DNA of 64,000 bases from Octopus vulgaris. Its lineage: Eukaryota. Location: positions 7,440,001-7,504,000 of the forward strand of contig OX597822.1 of NCBI GenBank assembly GCA_951406725.2. The letters are read 5' to 3'. Made by a program: the position numbers and the translations under genes. This document shows positions 37,794 through 51,782 of the stretch, piece after piece (the stretch's first letter is position 1; every line of letters starts with the position of its first letter). Under the pieces are notes generated by a model. That model saw only the letters and a list, made by a program, of their open reading frames with translations. It was not told the origin of the DNA and made no database searches.

Positions 37794-38176
37794 GTGGAGG
37801 CGCAATGGCCCAGTGGTTAGGGCAGCGGACTCGCGGTCGTAGGATCGCGGTTTCGATTCCCAGACCGGGCGTTGTGAGTGTTTATTGAGCGAAAACACCT
37901 AAAGCTCCACGAGGCTCCGGCAGGGGGTGGTGGTTATCCCTGCTGTACTCTTTCACCACAACTTTCTCTCACTCTTACTTGCATTTTCTGTTGTACCTGT
38001 ATTTCAAAGGGCCGGCCTTGTCACCCTCTGTGTCACGCTGAATATCCCCGAGATTTACGTTAGGCTACACTTCTCTGTGGAGTGCTCAGCCACATACACG
38101 TTAATTTCACGAGCAGGCTGTTCCGTTAATCGGATCAACCGGAACCCTCATCGTTGTAACCGACGGAGTGCTTCCC
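37794..38176 (+). mobile_element. tRNA-derived SINE family C, full length
   Basis: A box tggcccagtgg, B box gtttcgattcc; 11-bp TSD TCTATGGATAT (37783-37793, 38177-38187). Confidence 0.93.
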
Positions 38177-38272
38177 TCTATGGATATATATAAGTAGTTG
38201 CATATGCATATATCTACATCTATAATTATCCATCAAACTATCTCGCTACACACACACACACACACACATATA

Positions 38273-38425
<153 letters not shown>

Positions 38426-38427
38426 TT

Positions 38428-39073
38428 CGCCATACTAATATGGCAATCTTATAAATATAAGACTAAAGCTGTCGATGATTAGCTCCAAGAGGCCACCGCC
38501 TCAAGCTAGCTATTTGACACACAATCTGCGTCCATTATAGACTTTCGAACAGGGAGGTCAGCCGCTTCATCCTGGTAGTCAGACAGCTGCAGACACGTTT
38601 CAGGGTAGTTGCCCTTTATCAATGCAGCGTAGTCAGACCCAGCAGGTGTCGCTACTGACTGTCCCTGTTCGAAGAATCTATTTACCTAGTTTCGGTTGAA
38701 TACATCCACTTGTTTTCAATAATAGAAATATTAAAATTACTAAGTCTCTCTAAAAGAGATTACGGCAGCGTTACTGGAAATTAATAGTTATCGCCATACT
38801 AATATGATAAAGGGCAACTACCCTGAAACGCGTCTGCAGCTGTCTGACTACCAGGATGAAGCGGCTGACCTCCCCTGTTCGAAAGTCTATAATGGACGCA
38901 GATTGTGTGTCAAATAGCTAGCTTGAGGCGGTGGCCTCTTGGAGCTAATCATCGACAGCTTTAGTCTTATATTTATAAGATTGCCATATTAGTATGGCGA
39001 TAACTATTAATTTCCAGTAACGCTGCCGTAATCTCTTTTAGAGAGACTTAGTAATTTTAATATTTCTATTATA
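38428..39073. repeat. Near-identical inverted and partial-tandem PLE terminal repeats inserted in (TA)n
   Basis: 38428-38622 is the reverse complement of ~38805-39000; 38718-38806 is the reverse complement of ~38985-39073. Confidence 0.95.
38586..38628 (-). ncRNA. Minimal type I hammerhead with U3:A8 covariant core
   Basis: GCTGCA-TTGATAA-AGGG caacta CCCT-GAAA-CGTG-TC-TGCAGC; the plus copy at 38805-38840 has palindromic CGCG but lacks the 5' stem I strand. Confidence 0.85.
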
Positions 39074-39210
39074 TATATATTTATATATATATATATGTAT
39101 ACATATATATACAAATATATATGTACATATATATAAATATATTGATGTTTATATACATATATACATATATACACATACACACAGACATATGTATATATGT
39201 ATATATAGGT

Positions 39211-39267
<57 letters not shown>

Positions 39268-40281
39268 TATATATACAAATATATATGTATATATATATAA
39301 ATATATTGATGTTTATATATTTATGTATATATACATATATACATATATATATACATGCACACAGACATATGTATATATGTATACATACATATGTATATAT
39401 GTATATATACACATATGCATACACATATACACATACATATCTATATATCTACTACGTATGTGGAAAATTCTATCTGTGGGTTTGTTTGTGGTGTTGCTAG
39501 CTAACTCCCCCTACATAGTTTTATCGATTTTAATTAAACTTTACACGTGCGTGTAACTCGTGTATGGGAACCTCATGGCATACCCAGATTATTGAACACA
39601 TCGATAATAGGGTCCCTGGAAGCGATCATTACATATATCTAATATATTTTAATTTAAAAGCCAAGGGAAATAGCCCAATCAATTCCTAATTTATTTGCTA
39701 TAAATCAAATTGTGTATGCTTTTTTCTTAGTATTTGTACTGGTATAGTTATTTTTGCAATTTATCCAGTGCAATCCTTAAACAAGTAAATATTATTCTCC
39801 TTAACAATAGAATCACTTATTTTGGTTAGTGACTTATTCACGAATATACCAAGACTGGCGCCCCTGAGGTTAATATTCTCTGGGAACGCACAAAAAATCA
39901 TTTTCAGAATTATTTGATTAGCATGTTATTACGTAACACTCTTCATGAATTACGTATAATAATACTATTTACCTCCTATGTTATATATACACTTTTCGGG
40001 GCTACTTTATTTGTATTCTTACTATCGGATGACTAATTTCATGTTATGACATAACTGACTCCACAATTTCGATATTCATAACTTATTGGGAATTGGGAAT
40101 TCCTAAAAAGAAGATCCTGTCTAAAACAGTTCGGTATTCTCTGTAATTGCACAGCAATCGGTTTAACGGCTGCATACTTTGTATTGTTGTTAGTGGATCA
40201 GCGAAACAATTATGAGAACGGAACCAAGGGATAAGCCCTGCTTTCCCGGGAATTACGGTGTACGTCAGCTAGTATACTATA

Positions 40282-40490
40282 CTCTCTCTTTTACTCTTTA
40301 CTTGTTTCAGTCATTTGACTGCGGCCATCCTGGAGCACCGCCTTTAGTCGAGCAAATCGACCCCGGGACTTATTCTTTGTAAGCCCAGTACTTATTATAT
40401 CGGTCTCTTTTGCCGAACCGCTAAGTGACGGGGACGTAAACACACCAGCATCTGTTGTCAAGCAATGCTAGGGGGACAAACACAGACACA

Positions 40491-40572
<82 letters not shown>

Positions 40573-40737
40573 TACGACGGGCTTATTTCAGTTTCCGTCT
40601 ACCAAATCCTCTCACAAGGCATTGGTCGGCCCGGGGCTATAGCAGAAGACACTTGCCCAAGATGCCACGCAGTGGGACTGAACCCGGAACCATGTGGTTG
40701 GTTAGCAAGCTACTTACCACACAGCAACTCCTGCGCA
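40282..40737 (-). mobile_element. SINE family A, full length
   Basis: Head ggagttgctgtgtggtaag..gggttcagtccc, internal (TA)n(TG)n, (aaagagt) tail. Confidence 0.93.
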
Positions 40738-41873
40738 TATATATATATAAATGAAATGTACTTTAGGTCATATCTCGACATCCCCAGACTGCAGTTGAGA
40801 ATGGATTAATCAATCGAAACTTCGAAGTTACCGTCAGTACTATTTCTCTATAAAATAATAAATTTGTATCCCATTTGTACTCTACAAAATTATACAGTAG
40901 GCCATTAGAATAATATTAATTTTTTTTTATTGTAACTGAAGATAACTCAACATTATTTTTATATATATTTGTAAATATAGGCGACCCATTTTGTAAAGTC
41001 TAATTAAATATACAAATAACCAACGATAATCCCTTATCATACAGAGGTACATTTTTGTTACATTTTTGGCACCAAAATTGTAAGAATAGACATCAGTTAA
41101 CTATCCAAATAAAACTATTGGAATAAAAAATATTCTTTACTCGTTAGTTATATGCTTTATTATAAAACGTGTGTTTCCCTAGGCAACAACGAAGATAAAA
41201 TTGATAATCTTGTCTTTCTCATGGAAACCTGCATCTTTCAATGCATGAGAAAATCGTCATGGCAACCGCTACATCATTATATCAAAATATAGACCGATAA
41301 TGATTTTGCTCTTTTAATTCTTCAGAGGAGTTCTATTGCGCAAGCCATACATTTACTTCTGATGCATGTAATTCTATGAAATCTATTTACTCCTTTACAC
41401 CATAATACCGACTCAATTAGTTTAGACTAGTATTCGTCATTTGTAAACATTCCCAATTGTAAATGCTTTGGTTTAGTTAGGAATATATGGCATGTACTTC
41501 ATTTGCGTCGGTCTTTTACTACGTCAGGTTGTGTAGTCTTAACTGTGATTGATCGATTATAATGGCCACTGGAACGCATAATGCCTATAAACGTTGCTCG
41601 TAGAATGTACCAAAATATTTACTGTGCCTACGTGATTAATTTCAATTTAGGTATGTTCGTTTAATTTATCAAATGGCAGGTAAGCTCGCTAAGACAGAAA
41701 TCAGTGCATGTATAGAAGCTTACGTTGTTGCGGTGAATAACGGCAGAACAAATGCTGTTCAATTCCAAAGGATATAACAACGCCTATGAAGTACAAACAC
41801 ATTCCCACGCACATACACACACATATACATATAACCTAATTATCTATATGAATATATACTCTAAATTATGTAT

Positions 41874-41921
<48 letters not shown>

Positions 41922-41958
41922 TTGTATAAAATGAATGAAATATATGCATATATTTATA

Positions 41959-42063
41959 GGCGCAGTACTGGCTGTGTGGTAAGTAGCTTGCTTACCAACC
42001 ACGCAATTGAGACCCAATGCGTGGCACCTTTGGTCGGGCCGTCCAAAGATATGTGAGTAGATT

Positions 42064-42132
<69 letters not shown>

Positions 42133-42385
42133 GTATGTATGTATGTATGTATGTATGTATGTGTGTATGTATGTATGTGTTTGGGTGTCTGTCTTTGTTT
42201 CCTCAACATCTCTTGACAACCGATGCTGCTGTGTTTACGTCACTGTAACTTACCGGTTCGGAAAAAGACAGCGACAGAGTAAGTACTAGGCTTACAATGA
42301 ATAAGTTCCGGGACCAATTTGCTCGACTAAAGGCGGTGATCCAGGATGGTCGCAGTCAAATAACTGAAACAATTAAAAGAATAAA
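41959..42385 (+). mobile_element. SINE family A with an internal deletion
   Basis: ggcgcagtactggctgtgtggtaag...gactaaaggcggtg. Confidence 0.88.
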
Positions 42386-42994
42386 TGTTTTTCTTTAGCT
42401 AAATGCGTATAATCTTATGCAGTTTGTTATTCCAACTTTTACATGCCAGGTATACGCCATAGATTGCTTTATGTGTTTTTCTCTAAAGTTAAAGAGCACA
42501 TTCAATTCGAAACATCTTATTGTAGCATATGTTTAACTTTATATATCTAAGATTCTTTTACATTGCCAAGCGAATAATTTGAAATTCGATAAATCATAGT
42601 GCATTCTATTTAACTGAATATATTGTTATTCCATCTTCTGCACAGCAAAGAAAGATGAAAGACGGAGACTATCGCGTGAAATGTCTTAGTCAAATAGATG
42701 AAGCAATTAATTTCTGAAGAGATTATTACTTTTTAACAGCAGCTGACAAGAATTGTTCTCTTTATAACAAGTCATAAGTATTTTGGTGTATATCATGATG
42801 GATAATAATTAATGATATGATTGTGCAACATAGACGTAAAACTGGTGATTATAAATATTGCATCAACATAATTATGGGATTGTGAATCTCAAATGACATT
42901 TCACCCACTATTTTTTATGAATTAACGTATTGACCATTGTTTAAAAATAAAACCAATTACTTTTAAGAAAATTTTAATAGAAATATAATTTTTC

Positions 42995-44100
42995 CGTCGC
43001 GTCATCATCATCTCTGTCTGCAGCAGAATGCACCTCAACTTAATGTATTGCCTTCACTGTATTCGATCCTCGGCAATCGTATTGAGGGAACCTATGTTAA
43101 GACCTGTCCGTGATATGAAAATCTTAGAAAGTCAGTATGTTTCTCTCGTTCTTATAATCACACATTCCAAACAGGTTTTGCTGATCTCAGAAGCCATTCG
43201 CTTAATGTAATCAAGCATCTTGATTGCAGAGCTAATTGTTTGTAATTTGGTTATGTGCCTTAGGTCATGGTAAATTGTTTTATTGCCTTGGATCTAGAGT
43301 TCTGACATTGCCTGAGAGCGTGAGAATACGGCGTTAGTAATAAGTCACATCACGTGACTATGAAAGATATACACCTGACAGATGACTCTAAAAAAGTTCA
43401 GTCGACACATTGTATTGCATATAAATCTGTTGAAAGAATATAGGCGCATGAGATGCTTTTGAGTGCAAATGGTATGGCGAGTTGGCAGAATCGTTAGCAC
43501 GCCGGGCGAAATGCTTAGCGGTATTTCGTATGCCGTTACATTCTGAGTTCAAATTCCGCCGAGGTCGACTTTGCCTTTCATCCTTTCGGGGTCGATAAAT
43601 TAATTACCAGTTACGCACTGGTGTCGATGTAATCGACTTAATACCTATGTATGTCCTTGTTTGTCCCCTCTGTGTTTAGCCCCTTGTGGGCAATAAAGAA
43701 ATAGGTATGGCATTCGTTTTGAAAGAATTGGTTCACAGCTATCACTCAGTCTTGTTTTGAAGATAATATGTATCTGAGGTAGGTGAATTCAAAACCTTGC
43801 TTTACTTGTTTGCCAGAGATTGTCATGTTAACGTCAGGATTAGATTTGTCTGTTGCCATGCATTCCAGTTTTGACACATTAATACAATGTCCTGGGTAGG
43901 ACATGAAACTCCATCTGGTCGTGAGGCTCTAGTTCAGGAGTTTTAGAATTCTGGGGAGCGTGGAGTCATCACTAAATTACTTATCATAAATTTACGGTTA
44001 AAATACATTTTTCTAAAGATTTGTAGGATACTGAACGCCTTACGTGGGATGAAAGCAACGAGGAAAAACGAAAATGCACAATGAATGCGCTCTTCTAACA
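42995..44100 (-). mobile_element. Decayed RTE-like LINE 3' region, interrupted by SINE B
   Basis: MATDKSNPDVNMTISGKQVKQGFEFTYL, SRTGLNIGSLNTIAEDR; ends in (GAT)n. Confidence 0.65.
43476..43706 (+). mobile_element. SINE family B, full-length monomer
   Basis: ggcgagttggcagaatcgttagcacgccggg...gagttcaaattcc; flanked by GGTATGGC at 43471 and 43704. Confidence 0.93.
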
Positions 44101-44177
44101 AACCCTAAGCAAGCCCAGAGAGGAATGGCTGACGAAGCAGGCATGAAGCGTGTCCAGATTTACGTTTAAGCATTTAA

Positions 44178-44570
44178 TATGGGATGGAAGCACTCCGTCG
44201 GTTACGACGATGAGGGTTCCGGTTGATCTGAATCAACGGAACAGCCTGCTCGTGAAATTAACGTGTAAGTGGCTGAGCACACCACAGACACGTGTACCCT
44301 TAACGTAGTTCTCGGGGATATTCAGCGTGACACAGAGAGTGGCAAGGCCGGCCCTTGAAATACAGGTACAACAGAAACAGGAAGTAAGAGTGAGAGAAAG
44401 TTGTGGTGAAAGAGTACAGCAGGGATCACCACCATGCCCTGCCGGAGCCTCGTGGAGCTTTTAGGTGTTTTCGCTCAATAAACACTCACAACGCCCGGTC
44501 TGGGAATCGAAACCGCGATCCTACGACCGCGAGTCCGCTGCCCTAACCACTGGGCCATTGCGCCTCCACA
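44178..44570 (-). mobile_element. SINE family C, full length
   Basis: Reverse complement of 37794-38176; TSD AAGCATTTAA (44168-44177, 44571-44580). Confidence 0.93.
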
Positions 44571-45169
44571 AAGCATTTAACATACTTAACGGATGGATAT
44601 AGCATTTCACAATGACAATAGAAAAATGCAGTCTGAGAAGTGAACATCAACAAGGTTATTTTCAATAACATAACCTGCAAGTGGTCGATTTAATTTGCAT
44701 TTGACGTGTATTTTTGGTTCTAATGGATCGATCACTATGCATGTAGTGTCACGTTCCACATCTGTTGTCATTACACTTGGATGCTGTGAATGCTTTATCC
44801 CGTTTGTTCATGCTGAATAGCTATGTGAAGGAATCTTCACAAAAAGAAAATTATTATTACACGTTGTTTTTCGAAGTTACGATGGGTACAATGCTTTTAT
44901 AATACAACATTAAAAAATATGTATACTACACAGCATTACTCACGGACGTCCAAAATATTAAACCTTCATAATATGTGCTAACGAATAATCTACTTGATGC
45001 AAAGCCACTTTTGGTAAGAAACACGCAGTCAACTCCGTTTTGGTTCTTTAAAGACTGTCACTTCGTTTGCTTTTCATACTCTCGGGGCTTGACTCTGTTG
45101 TCGAGATAAGCAAGCAGACCCCCACCGCCAAACTTTCAGGCTTTATGCCTATAATAGAATGGATTACCA

Positions 45170-45405
45170 TTCTTCTTCTTCTTCTTCTTCTTCTTCTTCT
45201 TCTTCTTCTTCTTCTTCTTCTTCTTCTTCTTCTTTTTCTTTTTCTTCTTCTTCTTCTTCTTCTTCTTCTTCTTCTTCTTCTTCTTCTTCTTCTTCTTCTT
45301 CTTCTTCTTCTTCTTCTTCTTCTTCTTCTTCTAATTATTATTATTATTATCAGTAGTAGTAGTAGTAGGGGTAGTAGTAGAAGTAGTAGTAGTAGGGGTA
45401 GTAGC

Positions 45406-45470
<65 letters not shown>
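45170..45470 (+). repeat. Compound microsatellite (CTT)n(ATT)n(AGT)n
   Basis: Direct reading. Confidence 0.95.
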
Positions 45471-45471
<1 letters not shown>

Positions 45472-47299
45472 TGTAGAATCACAATGATGAATATAACGAT
45501 GGTAATTGTCATTTGGTGATACATGGAAGTGGGTGAAAGCCATGCAGGGTTAACATTCTTTGTAGAATCGTCATCAGTAATTAATGAATGTGCCTATGCA
45601 TTTGGCGTAACATCATCTGTTGGAATTCTTCTGGATATTTCTCGCTGTTCCATGTAATTATGGCGTGCAGATTACACTTCAGATATGCCACCTGAAAATT
45701 CAATAAAATGCAATTACGTAATTTTCATTCAACATAATTATTAAATAACACTAATCTTGTTTTATGCATCAATATTTTTCAATAACAATCATCCTTAAGA
45801 CGACATAACGGTTACTTTTAATATATTTTCATATCTTTCTCTATGTAATAGTACATGTCGCGTTTAGTTTCAGGTCCTTAACAATTAATAATCATACACA
45901 TCTGTGATTATATTTCAATCTTCAAGCATTTAATTAACGTCACAGCATCTTACACTTGTATAATTTTGTATATATATATTACATTAACAGCTATCAATCT
46001 CTGTCAGTCTCTCTGTCTGTCTTCGTGTCTATGTGTATGTCTGCCTGCCTGACTCACTCTCAATCTAGTCCATTTAATTGTAAATATTACATGTTTATTA
46101 AGGACTTGACGTCTACCGACGCATGCCTATCTGTGTGTCCGTCGATTTATGTCTGCCTGTCTGCCTCTCTTTGTATGTATGTATATATATATATATATAT
46201 GCATATAATAAATTAATAAATAAATAAAACATATGCATATATACATACATATATGTACGTACCTACCTCTACATGTACATATACATGCATATATGGGTAC
46301 AGGACACCCAAAAAAACGTTGAACACAATGAGAAACGAAAAGATAAACACAAAACCAAGGAAATGGACATTTTTCTTAAACAACGAAAAAATAGAGTACA
46401 GGACTTACAAAACAAGGAAACTTCCCCTTCTTCTGTCGCCTTTGTTTCATCTATTCCACGTTTCGAGGGTGAAGGCGACACATGATTTTAATGAAACATT
46501 CCTCCTGCGAAAATCAAATTAAATAAAATTTGAGATTTTTTGGCGGAAGGGTAAATATGGTAACAAAAACAGGACAGTAACGACAGTACAAAATATAAAC
46601 AGTAAAAGACAGGACAAGGAGAATAACAGTAACACAAACAAGAAGGGTTGTTAAGTCGAACGAGATAAAATATTACGATCGCTATTTTTGAGAACGGCGA
46701 AGGAGCAACAGATACATATACACACACATACATACATACACACACACAAACACATGTATATGGCAAATGAAAGACGGAAGATTGAATATGCGGGAATCCA
46801 TTATTAGTCATGACAATTGTTTTGACACATCTAGCATCGATACATCATGGGTGGGACACTCAACAACTAATTCAGGAGCATCCGGTGGTGTAGTTCTATC
46901 TCGTCGGGTGATTAATAAATCCAAATCGTTAAAATAGCAGTTTCGCAATGTAACTTCCCGTTTTGTAGAATGAAATGCAAGCAAACGGAGGAAACATTTT
47001 TCATTTATATAGACGATCAGAAGTAAAATCACAGATGACCAAAGAAAAAGAAGACGCAACCCCCCCGAGAAAAGTATTAAAATTAACCGTTAACAAATAT
47101 GGATGTATAAACACCCTCGGTCAAGCTACATGACGCGTGAACTCTGGCTCATAGAAGCATACGCAAAATGTGAGGTTAAGTGCATTCATGATCACAAAAA
47201 GTTAACTATCTACTTGGTGTTTGTAAGAATGGGGAAGTTAAAAGTAAACTTAAGTCATCCATACCTTAAAGTAAATTAGATTATGTTCACGGTTGCTCA

Positions 47300-49440
47300 A
47301 AATTTACTCCCACTGCATTGTGCAAAAGTACATTCATATGCGTGTAGGCATCTTGAGACTCGTTCAGAAATTTTATTAATGATCTTGTCGTTAGTCCACA
47401 GAGTAGACAGGGATTCATCGGAACAGAGATGGCATCTCCTGGAAATTATATTCTATGGTTTCGCCTACCAAAATATGGACCGAATTCTGTTGTACTTAAT
47501 TTTACGCTCCTGCAGTCGCCATAAAACATCTACCAAAGATACTGAATGTATCTTATTGATTGTCTTAAACCCGGCAACATGGTTAAGATAAAAATTCTTA
47601 AATGAATCACTCGTCTGCCCAATGTAAATATAGAGTCTTCCCCTTGTGTGCACGGTACATTTATATATAACATTTGTACTCATACATATATTCATTAAAT
47701 GACGTTTTAATTTTTTTCTGCAAACGCATTTATCGCATTTATTTGTATATAAGGCAGTACCTACTCCATTTACCGGGGGTGTTACCGTGTTAGCTCTATC
47801 ATAAGTATTTCTTCTACTACAATGGGTCGTAGTTGGTGTTTATCATTGCAGTTTACATCTCCTTGATTGGTATTTTGATGCAATTGTTCGCTAGATCCAG
47901 TAGGTGGTTTATTGAACCTTTGCCACATTTTGCAATTGTTTATGCGATGCATAAGCTACTGTAATTTAGCAGAGTTAGTGTAGGATAATTTCACGGTGAG
48001 GCCGACTAAAAATAGCATGATTCCGATTAGATTTAGGAAAACACTTGTCGAAAGCAACACAAAATTTTCCAGTGATGTTGGTTGAAACATGTAAACCGAA
48101 AATCGTGTTGATCCAGGGGACATCCTGATTTCTATATCTGTTGTTAGGCTTATTTGATCGAGTGTGTTGTACAAGATTGGAACAAGCAGTTGGATTATTA
48201 TGTCGCATGTGTCTATGAGTTTTCGTTGGTAGTTCATTGACATGACCAATTCTTCCTCAATTCTTTATCTGAATGAATTCTCAAGCCATGAAGTTGTGGT
48301 GTTATAATAACTGTCTCACAGTTTGGTAACTACCAGACTTGTGTATGCCTTCTTCTTGCATACATATATTGCATTTTTTCACGATGCCCAGCAGTACATA
48401 GAGCAGCATTACAATAAGTTTCATGAGATGCGAATGTTTTTTTATAGCGGATAATCTAGAAATTCTTGTAGAAATATTCTAAACTAGTTCCCGTATAATC
48501 GAGGGTGGATGTTTGGACGCTACATTAATGTACTCAATATGATCCTTTAGGTCATGAAATTGTTCAAATAATCCAGTATCTAGACAGAAGGTAGCGTCAG
48601 GAAAATTCACTCTATGATAATCTTTATCTATAGGAATGTTTAGTCGTAATTTTTTGAAAAGTCTAATGAATTTTTTTCTTAGGTCTTTCTAACTTCCCTT
48701 TGCTACTTCTGTCCATGAAAATAAGGCGTCATCCCTATATAGACCCTCTGTTATTTCAGAAAGGAAGATAAGCCTAATGAAAGGATACATATTGTAACTA
48801 GGTCAGTGACCTGAGCTGAATCGTATGATCCCATTGCTATATCAAATACATTCTCCCTATCTAATCCACTTAATAATATACCATAAAATCTACTACATTG
48901 GCTCCCGCAGCAAGCATAATATTTCACTTCGGAACAAATCGGAAATTTTCATGCTATACATCAGGGCTTGATTAAGAAAGATTGGGCTAATAGTGGCGTA
49001 ATAGCTCTCTATATCTTGTTGGAAGAATTTACTATCCTTACTAATTTCCAGAAGCTTAAACAATCTAACCACCTCGTGGGTATCAGACTAGATGGCTAGT
49101 CTAATTTAGACTTAAGGACGGATATTACTCTATCAATTTTTTCACCAACGATGCCCATATCGGGTTTAGAAGGACAAATCTATCTAACTAAGAAGTCAAT
49201 AAGAAACTTAGCTTTATGATCCTTAAGCATAATCCGGGGTTTTCTAGGGATGTGAGGTTCGGTTATATTACCCATGGCTAGATCTCATACGAATTTATTC
49301 CGGTATTGTTAATTCTTTTTAATACGTTACTACTAGCTTGTCTATATTTGCTGCCTAATTCTTTCTTAATCTTAGATTTATTTAGCTTAATATCAACATA
49401 ATTTATTTTTCCGCGAGTTCAATTCTCTACTCACCAAATT
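47300..49440 (-). mobile_element. Decayed near-full Penelope-like element (RT and GIY-YIG endonuclease)
   Basis: FFQQDIESYYATI, FDIAMGSYDSAQVTDLV, EGLYRDDAL, VSTNITGKF..DKCFPK, NVIYKCTV...YIGQTSDSFK (GIY-YIG), RRCHLCSDE. Confidence 0.92.
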
Positions 49441-49792
49441 TGAATAATATGGTTCTAGTGTTATCCTAAATCATACTGTAAACTTGTGTTTACCTATTTC
49501 TGTTGAAGCACACTTTAGTACATGAAATAATATTGTTACAGACTAGAGCAAATAGTATTTGCACCATTAAAGTATTGAACGCAACATAAAGATACAAACG
49601 TTCTTTGTTTCAATAGTTTCTTCTTTTGACTGGATTTGAGCTGGTTGATCATCCTCCTCATTGTCGTGGCTTCACCCCATCTGACTATCATCTGCTACTC
49701 AACATGAAAAACACTCGCATGGGAATCATTATTGCATGACGTCGTGTATGTTGTTGATGATTTCTTTGAGCAATAAGATGAAAGCTTCTTCA

Positions 49793-50205
49793 GCGTAGGA
49801 GTGGCTGTGTGGTAAGTAGCTTGCTTACGAACCACATGGTTCTGGGTTCAGTCCCACTGCATGGCAACTTGGGCAAGTGTCTTCTACTATAGTCTTGGGC
49901 CAACCAAAGCGTTGTGAGTGGATTTGGTTGACGGAAACTGAAAGAAGCCTGTCGTATATATATAATATATATCTATGTGTGTGTGTGCATATGTTTGTGT
50001 GTCTGTGTTTGTACTCGCCAATATCGCTTGACAACCGATGCTGGTGTGCTTACGTCCCCGTAACTTAGCGGTTCGGCGAAAAAGCCCGATATAATAATTA
50101 CTAGGCTTACAAAGAATAAGTCCTGGGGTCGATTTGCTCGACTAAAGGTGGTACTCCAGCATGGCCATAGTCAAATTACTGAAACAAGTAAAAGAGTAAA
50201 AGAGT
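49793..50205 (+). mobile_element. SINE family A, full length
   Basis: gcgtaggagtggctgtgtggtaag...gaaacaagtaaaagagtaaaagagt. Confidence 0.93.
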
Positions 50206-50372
50206 AATGTGATCTAAGCACTACAGCACTAATGGGAAAAGTGAAACTAACTCAATATTAATAAAATTAATTTAGTAAGACTGATGTTTCAGCTCAACGG
50301 TACATATCAGTCAGCTAAAGTCACTACACCCTCCTTCTCCCCTCCCAAGAAAGATTTTAACGTTCCAATAAA

Positions 50373-50768
50373 TCTTTATATATAAAAGTAAGGTTGTGTG
50401 TCTGTCGCCTAGGATTTAGATTCCTAACTACTCCCACATTTTGCGGTGCAGTTTAACCAAAATCGGATATCCTATAGTCGTGATTCATATCGAGCCCTTC
50501 TGGGTATTAGCGCGCGTCTACGATGAGTCTACGATTTAAAAAAAATTTTACCATCATTTTTTTACATTTTAATGCATTTTTTCGCTATTATATAAGGGAT
50601 GTAACTCTCTAAAAATGTCTACGATGAGTCAACGAATTAAAAAAATTTACCATAATTTTTTTTCCATTTTTAATGCATTTTTTTGCTATTTTTTGGCTAT
50701 AACTCTCTAAAAATGCTTATATAGTTATTTCCCTTACAAACTCGAGCAACGCCAGGCGATACTGCTAG
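50373..50768 (+). mobile_element. Non-autonomous Helitron with internal ~100-bp tandem duplication
   Basis: A|TCtttatatataaaag start, subterminal GC-rich hairpin remnant, CTAG|T end, no TSD; repeats at 50516-50616 and 50617-50714. Confidence 0.8.
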
Positions 50769-51405
50769 TAATGAATAAATGAAAAATATGACGCTGATTG
50801 CCAGCTGGTATGTGTGTGTGTATGTGTGAGTGTGTATGCGTGCGTGTAACTGTACGAGATGGTGTGTTTACGAGTAACAATATATCAGATTGTATCTGTG
50901 TTTCCTCGTAACTGTATGAGTCTCTGTGTGCGCGCATGCGTCCTGTATGAGTCTGTGTTTGTGTTTGTGGTTGAAACTATATTTCTTGGAGCTAAATAAC
51001 AGTAACATTCCTCCTCTTGCTGGGATTGCCACGTTATGTTGGCAAAAAGGCCACCACTTTATCCTGCTGTTAATGTATGTCTCTCTTTCAGAGACTTTTG
51101 GAATGTAATGTTTCTCTTTATGTTGATCACTGAATGTCCTTCCTTTTGAATCCTAAATTTTCGACGGCGGATTGGTAACGACATCTAAAAAGCCAAGCTA
51201 CTCCACGCTAATAAAGAGCAATAAGCCTGAAACTAGTACGGGGCTCCTGGGTTTTGCTAGGTGGAGGTACTAATCTCCCCTTTTCGAAGACGTAAGGACT
51301 CAGAACGTTTGTGTCGTATAGCCAGTTGGAAACGATGTTTCTTGGGAACAAATAATAGAAATATTCCTCCCCTTCCTGGAAGTGTTGCCACATTACATCA
51401 AAGAG

Positions 51406-51447
<42 letters not shown>

Positions 51448-51454
51448 ATATATG

Positions 51455-51489
<35 letters not shown>

Positions 51490-51638
51490 GTATATATATA
51501 TGTACATATATATATATACATATATATATATATATGTAGTGACGCATATTTGCCATTTGAATATGGCTAACCCCTAAGGCTGGATGCTACTATAGTTTGT
51601 AGCCCCAGGAAGATATCTCCTCCAGCTGGCTATAGACA

Positions 51639-51674
<36 letters not shown>

Positions 51675-51724
51675 TATATATATATATGTATATATATGTA
51701 TATATATATATTTATATATATATG

Positions 51725-51781
<57 letters not shown>

Positions 51782-51782
<1 letters not shown>

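Noticed and set aside
37794-37870. tRNA gene candidates (also 37180-37250, 43476-43560, 51782-51850)
   Set aside because: They are SINE heads continuing into SINE bodies, several with TSDs; no proper acceptor stem
39588-39632. Short resemblance to 5.8S/18S rRNA motifs (ttgaacacatcgat; ggaagcgatcatta)
   Set aside because: Matches are too short, with no flanking rRNA similarity
44125-44158. ctgacga..gaagcgtgtc HHR-like string
   Set aside because: GAAG instead of GAAA, and stems I and II do not pair
46808-47059. ORF with a hydrophobic N-terminus, like a signal anchor
   Set aside because: Non-ATG start, embedded between TE remnants, no recognisable family
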